Source: Folioceros fuciformis (Eukaryota). Taken from it: 60,145 nucleotides of DNA. The translations under genes were made by a program, and so were the position numbers. Below are positions 52,925-60,145 of this stretch, piece by piece. The notes below the pieces were generated by a model, which did no database searches, was not told where the DNA came from, and was given only the letters and a program-made list of their open reading frames with translations. Within the stretch, counting starts at the first letter, position 1, and every line of letters starts with the position of its first letter. The DNA lies in the NCBI GenBank assembly GCA_049999805.1, contig JBNGIO010006272.1, positions 82,493 through 142,637 of the forward strand. The letters run 5' to 3'.

Positions 52925-55900
52925 TCAGAATTGTATATCACAATGGTGTACAAATCCTTGTTTTATTTTCACCAGAAGCTCACCGACCTTAGCATAGATA
53001 CGTCCGCTTTCAGGGTGGCCTTGATCTCCCGCCACAAACACATGGGAGTTGCCTCTCAAGTCCGTCCACCAGCTCCGACCTGGTTCCTTCCAGGCTTGAG
53101 AATCGACTCTCATGGCCTGAATCTTCTTGGCTTCCTCTGGCAAGTGAGCAGCCTCATAGATGTTGGACATCAAAACATATGTTGCAGCATCACCTTTGCT
53201 GATCTCCACAGCACGTTCAAATGCAAGTCTCCCAATGTCAACATTTCCCCACTTTTGGCAAGCACTCAAAACACATTTCCAGGAGGCGATATCTGGTTGA
53301 AAGGGCATCATCTTCACGACGTTAATGGCATTCCTGACTTGGCCTGCACGGCCAAATAAATCAACTACACAGTTGTAATGTTGGATAGTTGGAGTGATGC
53401 CATAGTCTCTGCTCATAGCCTCGAAGTACTTCTGGCCTATTTCCACCAAGCCCACGTGACTGCAAACACTGAGAACACCTAGAAATGTGATGTCGTTGGG
53501 GTGGATGCCTTCCTGGTTCATCCTGCTGAACAAATGAAAGACAATATCACTGTCTCCTTGACGGGCATATCCCAAAACCAGTGCATTCCAAACCACGAGG
53601 TCTGTAGTGGGTACTGCATCAAACACCCGCTGTGCATCAACCATGCTCGAACACCTGCCGTACATGTCGATTAGACTGCTTGTCACAAAGGAGGCACCTT
53701 CCAGGCCAGCTTCTAGTATCTGGGCATGTATTTCCTTCCCTTTCTCCAGTCCGGCGATGCTGCCACAAGCATTGAGTGCTGCAACGAACGTCCTGTGGTT
53801 GGGGACAAAGCCTTCTTGTTGCATCCGTGTATACAACTTCAAAGCCTCGTTACCCTCCTCCATCTGGGCATAGCCCAAGATCATGATGTTCCAGGAAACC
53901 AGATCCCGATGGGGCATGTTCTCAAATACTTGCCTAGATTTCTCCAGGCTCCCACTTTTGGCATATGCCTCGACTAGCATGTTGCCAACAAATGCATTCC
54001 ACGTGAACTTCGCGTTATCCATGTCGGTGTGGATCGCTTCAACAGTTTCCAGACACTGGGTTTTTAGGACTGTTTTATTGTTGACATCTCTTCTCCCCAA
54101 TTCTGCGATGGCACTGCAAGCCTTAAGTGCACCAGCATAAGCCTTGTCATCAGGAACGACAGCTTCCTTTTGCATCCGTTTGTACAGTTCCAAGGATTCT
54201 TCACCCCTGTCCATTTGGGAGTAGCTCAATATCAATGTGGTCCAGGAAACAACGTCACGATGGGGCATCTTCTCAAACAACTCCCTTGCTTTCTCCAAGC
54301 TCCCACATTTTGCATAGGCCTCGATCAGCATTGTCCCCAGTATTACATCTGCCTCAAACCCCTTGTTCACAATATCTGCATGCATAACCTTTAGAGTTTC
54401 TAAGCCTTGATTTCTGATAAGCAGCCCGTCACCACCATTCCTTTCCCCCGATTCTGCAAGGGTGCTGCAAGCCTTCAATGCACCAACATACGTCCGGATG
54501 TTTGGTTCCACACCTTCTTGTTTCATCCTTGTGAACAGTTTTAAGGCTTCGTCACCCTGCGCCCATTGAGAGTAGCCCAAGATCATGGAATTCCACAACA
54601 CCACATTACGATGAGGCATGTCCTCAAACACCTGTCGAGCATCGTCCAGGCTCCCACTTTTTGCATACGCATCCACTAGTGTATTGACTACAAACACATT
54701 CAATCCAAAATTTCCTTTTACAAGGTCCGCATGAATCGCTCTCACCGTTTCCAGGCACTGTTTCTTGACAAGTACTTGATGGCCACCCTTTTGCTCAAGC
54801 TCTGCAATGGAACTGCAGGCAGTGAGAACGGCAACATATGTTCGGTCATTGGGGACGACTCCTTCTTGTTGCATTCGTGTATACAACTGCAGGGCCGCTT
54901 CACCCTGCTCCATTTGCGCATACCCCAATATCATTGCAGACCAGGAAACGACATTACGAGTGGGCATCTCCTCAAACACCTGCCTAGCCGTCTCCAAGTC
55001 CCCACACTTTGCATATGCATCCACCAGCATAGTCCCTAGATATACATCCGAATCAAACTTGCGCTTCACGACTTCTGCATGGATGGTTCTCACAGTTTCC
55101 AGGCTGTGCTGTTTCACAAGTTCTGCGTCACCTCCATGCTTGTCCACTAGTTCTGCAATGGCACTGCAAGCCTTGAGTGCACCAACATATGTTCGGTCAT
55201 TAGGTGTCACGCCTTCATGTTGCATTCGTGTGTACAATTGCAAAGCCTCTTGCCCCCTTTCCATTTGGGAGTACCCGAGAATCATGGAATTCCACAAGGC
55301 AACGTCACAGTGAGGTACTTTGTCAAACACCTGCCTAGCATCCTCGAGGCTCCCACATTTTGCATACGCATCAACTAGCATGTTTGCCACAAACACATCG
55401 GACTCAAACTTCTCTTTCACTATGTTGTCATGGATACCTTTCACAGTTTCCACCAGGCAGCGTTTCTTCACAAGCATACCATCACCTCCAGTCCCGTCCA
55501 CGGATTCTGCCAGGGTGCTACAAGCCTTGAGTGCAGCAACATATGTACGGTCATTGGGCATCACACCTTCCTGTCTCATTTGCGACAATAAGAGCAAAGC
55601 CTCTTCACCCTTTTCCATCTGAGCATACCCGGATATCAGTGCAGTCCAGGACACTACGGTATGAACAGGCATTTTCTCAAATACCTCCCTAGCATCCTCT
55701 AGGCTCCCACATTTTGAGTACGCATCCACAAGCATGTTCCCCACAAATTCATCTGACGCAAACTTCCCCTTACCAATATCTTCATGGATGGCTTTCACTG
55801 TTTCAAGGCACTTCTTCCTCACAAGTACTACATCACGTCCGCCTCTTTCCCTGCATTCCGCTATTCTACTGCATGCCTTGAGAGCTCCCACATAAGTTCT

Positions 55901-56647
55901 GTTACTTGGTACCAGACCACATTGTCGCATTCTAGCAAACAATTGCAAAGCGTCTTCACCCTTCTCCATCTGAGCGTACCCTATTATCAGCGTGTTCCAG
56001 ACAATCACATCACGAAAAGGCATGTCCTCGAACACCTGCCTAGCATCCTTCAGGCTTCCACATTTGGAGTAAGCATTCACCAGCATGCTGCTCACGTATA
56101 AATTATTCTCAACGCCGCTTCGAACAACGTCTGCATGAATCTCCCTAGCACTCCGCAGGTCCTGCAAGCTGCTGCATGCTTTCAAGAGAGAAACAAACGT
56201 GTGTGGGCCTGGTATCATCCCATAGCTCCGCATTTCTCCATACATTTCCAGAGCCAGTCTATTTTGCCCAAGTTTGACATGCTGCAATATCAGTGCCGCC
56301 CAGACCTGCTCCCCCCTCTGAAATTTGCACCCACCATCGAAAGTGATGCCACTTCCAACGTTGCCTCTGCCAGCGGTTGTGGACGAGATAGTCCCCCTCA
56401 AAGCCTCGGTTACCCATGGTGACGAAGGCTTCCTTTTCTCTACGCCACGTGCTTCCTCAGGATGGACCTAGTCATTGAACGGCACCGCGAATCGTCAGTG
56501 CAACGGTCTCAAACATCAACATCAGGACATCGGGGTTGTAGTGTGTCTGCTTACTTTGTCTTCCCTGTAAGCCCACCAAATCTGCGCATTGCTCTGCAGC
56601 AGCGAATTCCCGGACAAGTCAGTTTTCATGCGATTGAATAATATCAT
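52925..56647 (-). CDS. PLS-class PPR protein (E+ / truncated DYW:WW type), candidate organellar RNA-editing factor
   Basis: The 1158-aa ORF holds P-L-S triplets, E1/E2 and PGRSWW..HP, but no HxE/CxxC. There is no in-frame ATG upstream; predicted exon 1 is 56647-56555 with an in-phase GT-AG intron at 56554-56468. Confidence 0.93.
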
Positions 56648-56823
56648 GCCAGAAAACTCACAAACGGTAGCAAGGAAATAGAAACGACGAGGGGACACAA
56701 ATTCAACCACGGCGCTCAGGCAAGCCAGTTGCACCCCTTATTCTAGGTCACTGGCTGCAACATCGACATCATCTGCCAGTGTGGGAAGGAGGAGGATGCT
56801 CAGCTGTTTCTACTGAAAGCAGT

Positions 56824-59559
56824 ATGATCATCGCGGTGGTTGAATATCCACAGCTCCAGCAGCAGCCTGGGCGGCCCAGGCAATGCATTTGTAGGCATGG
56901 CATGAGCAGGCTGACATGTTTCTACGTCACTGGCGGGCGTCAACAGAATGAGTCTTTCTGGACTGCGCTAGTATCGCAGAAGACGAGGTGCGGGAAAGGT
57001 GCTGAGGCTCTCAGCTTGTATGAGCTAATGCAAAAGGAAGGAGTGGAACCAGGGCCACACACATTCATAGCTCTCCTGAAGGCATGTAGCAGGGAGGATC
57101 TGAAAAGTGTGAAGCAAATTCATGCAGACCTGGTCAGACGTGGCTTGGACACAGATCTATATGTGGGCACCATGCTAGTAAACGCCTACAAAAAATGTGG
57201 CAGCCTGGAGAATGCCAAGCGAGTGTTTGAGGAGATGCCTGATCGGGATGTGGTTTCGTGGACTGCCATGATATTGGGTTATGCCCAGATGGGGAGGGGT
57301 GAAGAGGCTTTGAAGTTGTACGCACGAATGCTGCGGGAAGGAGTGGTCCCTGATGCCCAAGGGTATGTTGGTGCACTGAAGGCTTGCAGTGTGGTTGCGG
57401 ACTCTGGGGAGAAAGGTGGTGTCACGAATGCATTGCCGGTGAAGGAACAGTGCCTGCAGACTGTTCGAGCCATCCACAGGGACATTCGGAAGGGGAAGCT
57501 GCAGGGGAATGTTTTCGTTGGTAACATGCTAGTCGAGGCATACGCAAAATGTGCGAGCTTGGAAGATGCAAGGCAGGTGTTTGATACGATGCGTCTCCGT
57601 GATGTGGTTTCGTGGAATTGCATGATCTTGGGGTATTCCCGCATGGACAAGGGTGACGAGGCGTTGCTGCTGTACAGACGGATGCAGCATGAAGGTGTCG
57701 TACCTGACGACCGATCACATATCGGTGCTCTAAAAGCTTGCATTGCGATAGCAGGCATGGCTGACAGAACTGCTGGAGATGGAGAACGTTTGAAACAGCG
57801 AATCCTGGAAACAGTGAGGGCTATCCACATCGGCGTGGGGAAGAAACAGGCTGAGCGTGACGTATTTCTGGGGAACACGCTATTGGATGCGTATGCAAAA
57901 TGTGGGAGCCTGGAGGATGCCAGGCAAGTGTTCGACAGAATGTTGCAGCGTGATTTAGTGTCCTGGAACTCTATGATATTAGGGTACAGCGACATGCAAA
58001 AGGGTGAAGAAGCTCTGTTTCTATACAAGCAGCTGCAACGGGCAGGCGTGGCACCAGACCAACGCACACACGCTGCAGCACTCAAGGCCTGCATTGCCAT
58101 CGCCGAGTTGATGGAGAAAAATGGCGGTGATGTATCAGCTGTGCGACATCAATGCCTGCAAACTGTGAGAGCTATCCATGCAGCTGCTGCAAAGGTAACC
58201 TCCGGTCTGGACATCCGGTTAGGAACCATGCTAGTGGACGCGTATGCAAAATGCGGGAGCTTAGAAGATGCCAAGCAGGTGTTTGACAAGCTCCCTCGCC
58301 AGGATGTGGTTTCTTGGACCACGATGATCTTCGGTTTCTCCCAGATGGATAAGGCCGAAGAGGCTCTGCAGATGTACAAACTGATGCGACAGAGAGGAGT
58401 GGTTCCCGACACCCGTGCGTTTGTTGGGGCTCTGAAAGCTTGCTGCACCCTGGCAGACTCCGGGGACTCCAGGGATGGAAGCCACAACAAACTACGCACG
58501 AAACAAACCACGCTGGCCATGGTGCAAGCCATCCACGCAGACCTTGCAATCACAGCCACAGACCTGGACGTATTCGTCGCAACAATGCTGGTGGACGCAT
58601 ATGCGAAATGCGGGAGTCTAGGTCACTCGAGGAAAGTCTTCGATCAAATGCCTCACCGTGATGTGGCCTCCTGGAACGCAATGATCTTTGCTTACAGCCA
58701 GACGGACAAGGCCGAGGAGGCCGTGCAACTGTACACCATCATGCAGGAGCAAGGCGTGGCACCAAATGACCGAACATACGTCGCCGTCCTCAACGCCTGC
58801 GGCAGCCTGGCAGCACTGGAGAAGGGGAGGCAAATTCACTCCCAGATCATCAAATCCGGCCTGAAATGCTCCCCCTTCATAGCAGCCAGTCTCATCGAAA
58901 TGTACTCCAAGTGCTCCAGTATGGCGGACGCCCGTCAGGTGTTCGACAACATGCCCACCAGGGACATCGTGTCATGGAACACCCTCATCCTGGGACACGC
59001 GTGCCAAGGAGAAAGCCAACTCGTCTTCCGCCTCTTCCACCAGATGCAGCAGGACGGCATTCAGCCAGACGAAGTCACTTTCGTCGGCCTCCTCCTCGTC
59101 TGCAGCCACGCAGGCCTGGTGGCCACAGGTCAGCACCTCTTCGACGCCATGACCAGAGACTTCCACATCAACCCCAACATCCAGCACTACAACTGCCTGG
59201 TGGACGTCCTGGCCCGAGCCGGCGAACTCCGCAAGGCCATGGAGATCCTCCACAACATGCCCTTCCCTCCCGACTCTTCGGGCTGGAAATCCATCCTGGC
59301 CGCCTGCCAGAAATGGGGATCTGTGCAGCTCGGGAGACAGGCATTCGAATCCCTCATCCGGCTAGACCAGCACGACGCTGCGGCGTACATCCTCATGTCC
59401 AACATCTACGCCGCCAACGCCATGCCGGAGCAGGCCGCGGACATCCAGGCACGGAGATGGAAGTCTGGAGCGCGGAAGGATCCGGGACGCACCTTCTGGA
59501 TGGACGAGGGCGGGCAGGCGCATGCATTCGCGGCCGGGGCGAGGGCGGTGGCTTGCTGA
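56824..59559 (+). CDS. PLS-class PPR protein (E-class, truncated just after the PG box), intronless
   Basis: P-L-S triplets (AYAKCGSLEDARQVFD..DVVSW), E domains, ending KDPGRTFWMDEGGQAHAFAAG..*. First in-frame ATG is at 56824. Confidence 0.93.
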   Translation: MIIAVVEYPQLQQQPGRPRQCICRHGMSRLTCFYVTGGRQQNESFWTALVSQKTRCGKGAEALSLYELMQKEGVEPGPHTFIALLKACSREDLKSVKQIHADLVRRGLDTDLYVGTMLVNAYKKCGSLENAKRVFEEMPDRDVVSWTAMILGYAQMGRGEEALKLYARMLREGVVPDAQGYVGALKACSVVADSGEKGGVTNALPVKEQCLQTVRAIHRDIRKGKLQGNVFVGNMLVEAYAKCASLEDARQVFDTMRLRDVVSWNCMILGYSRMDKGDEALLLYRRMQHEGVVPDDRSHIGALKACIAIAGMADRTAGDGERLKQRILETVRAIHIGVGKKQAERDVFLGNTLLDAYAKCGSLEDARQVFDRMLQRDLVSWNSMILGYSDMQKGEEALFLYKQLQRAGVAPDQRTHAAALKACIAIAELMEKNGGDVSAVRHQCLQTVRAIHAAAAKVTSGLDIRLGTMLVDAYAKCGSLEDAKQVFDKLPRQDVVSWTTMIFGFSQMDKAEEALQMYKLMRQRGVVPDTRAFVGALKACCTLADSGDSRDGSHNKLRTKQTTLAMVQAIHADLAITATDLDVFVATMLVDAYAKCGSLGHSRKVFDQMPHRDVASWNAMIFAYSQTDKAEEAVQLYTIMQEQGVAPNDRTYVAVLNACGSLAALEKGRQIHSQIIKSGLKCSPFIAASLIEMYSKCSSMADARQVFDNMPTRDIVSWNTLILGHACQGESQLVFRLFHQMQQDGIQPDEVTFVGLLLVCSHAGLVATGQHLFDAMTRDFHINPNIQHYNCLVDVLARAGELRKAMEILHNMPFPPDSSGWKSILAACQKWGSVQLGRQAFESLIRLDQHDAAAYILMSNIYAANAMPEQAADIQARRWKSGARKDPGRTFWMDEGGQAHAFAAGARAVAC

Positions 59560-59825
59560 CGAGAAAAGAGTCACGAATCGCAACCGATTCGCGCCGCGAG
59601 AGGCCAGAGAGCGAACACTCCTCGGGTTCACGATCCGACTCGTCAAGAAGCTGTTGGTGCAACGATGCCACAGCGGGGCTGACAAGGACTGGTGAGGCCT
59701 GCCGGGACTCCCTCCGGGTGGCGCGCGAGCAAGAAGCGCCGCAGGGCACAGATCTTTCACCGCGATGGCGATGGTGCCGAGCTCGGCGGCATTGCCGCGG
59801 CTGCAGATGGACGTCGGGAAGGCAC

Positions 59826-60145
59826 TCAGGAGTGGGGAGCTACGGCCGGGCGGCGTAGGGGTGCCGCGGACAGTGAAGGTGCGGAAGCGGGGGCAGAGGC
59901 TGACGCTGGACCTGGAGCTCCGAGTGGAGGTGCAGATGCAAATGCGGGCCCGGCGGGTTGTATGCGAGCTCGGGGCGGACGAGTTTGGGGAGCCGCGGCC
60001 TCGGAGGGGGTACAGGTCTCCGCTTTCAGTAGTGCCATCATCGCAGGAGTCGCAGGTATCGCCGGAGTCGCAGGCCTCGCCGGAGTCGCAGGCCTCGCAG
60101 GAGTCGCAGGCCTCGAAGGAGTCGCAGGCCTCGAAGGAGTCGCAG
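59826..60145 (-). CDS. Possible 3' end of a Pro/Ala-rich protein with (RPATPS/A)n repeats; partial
   Basis: An open minus-strand frame runs from the window end to the stop at 59826; other frames are also open. Confidence 0.35.
   Translation of the reverse strand, partial: ATPSRPATPSRPATPARPATPARPATPAIPATPAMMALLKAETCTPSEAAAPQTRPPRARIQPAGPAFASAPPLGAPGPASASAPASAPSLSAAPLRRPAVAPHS
60040..60145. repeat. 18-bp tandem repeat (GCAGGAGTCGCAGGCCTC), runs off the window end
   Basis: At least 5 copies. Confidence 0.9.

Noticed and set aside
58866-59858. 330-aa overlapping plus-strand ORF
   Set aside because: An off-frame by-product of C-rich third positions in the PPR gene.

Overview
Gene-dense eukaryotic nuclear DNA from a non-seed land plant. 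Hornwort (Anthoceros-like) is an inference from short ~80-110 nt GT-AG introns, tight gene spacing, and PLS-class PPR genes with elongated L motifs and a PGxSWW box. Positions 1-10.7 kb are an accessory, repeat-rich block: two diverged, divergently oriented copies of an unknown ORF-bearing element flank several tandem arrays and a decayed coding-like stretch. The remainder encodes a GT47 exostosin, a PHD+Tudor protein, an LSG1 pseudogene and intact LSG1, an HLTF/RAD5-like SNF2 ATPase, a SCAB-like protein, KdsD/SETH3, an SRPK, an SHW1-like protein, an unknown membrane-anchored protein with an HNH-like CxxC..DH..CxxC motif, an AAED1-like protein, GCP5, and a head-to-head pair of deaminase-less PPR editing-factor genes. 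There are also two AT-rich TE-like remnants and a 100-N gap. All exon models and family assignments were read by eye; no database searches were run.
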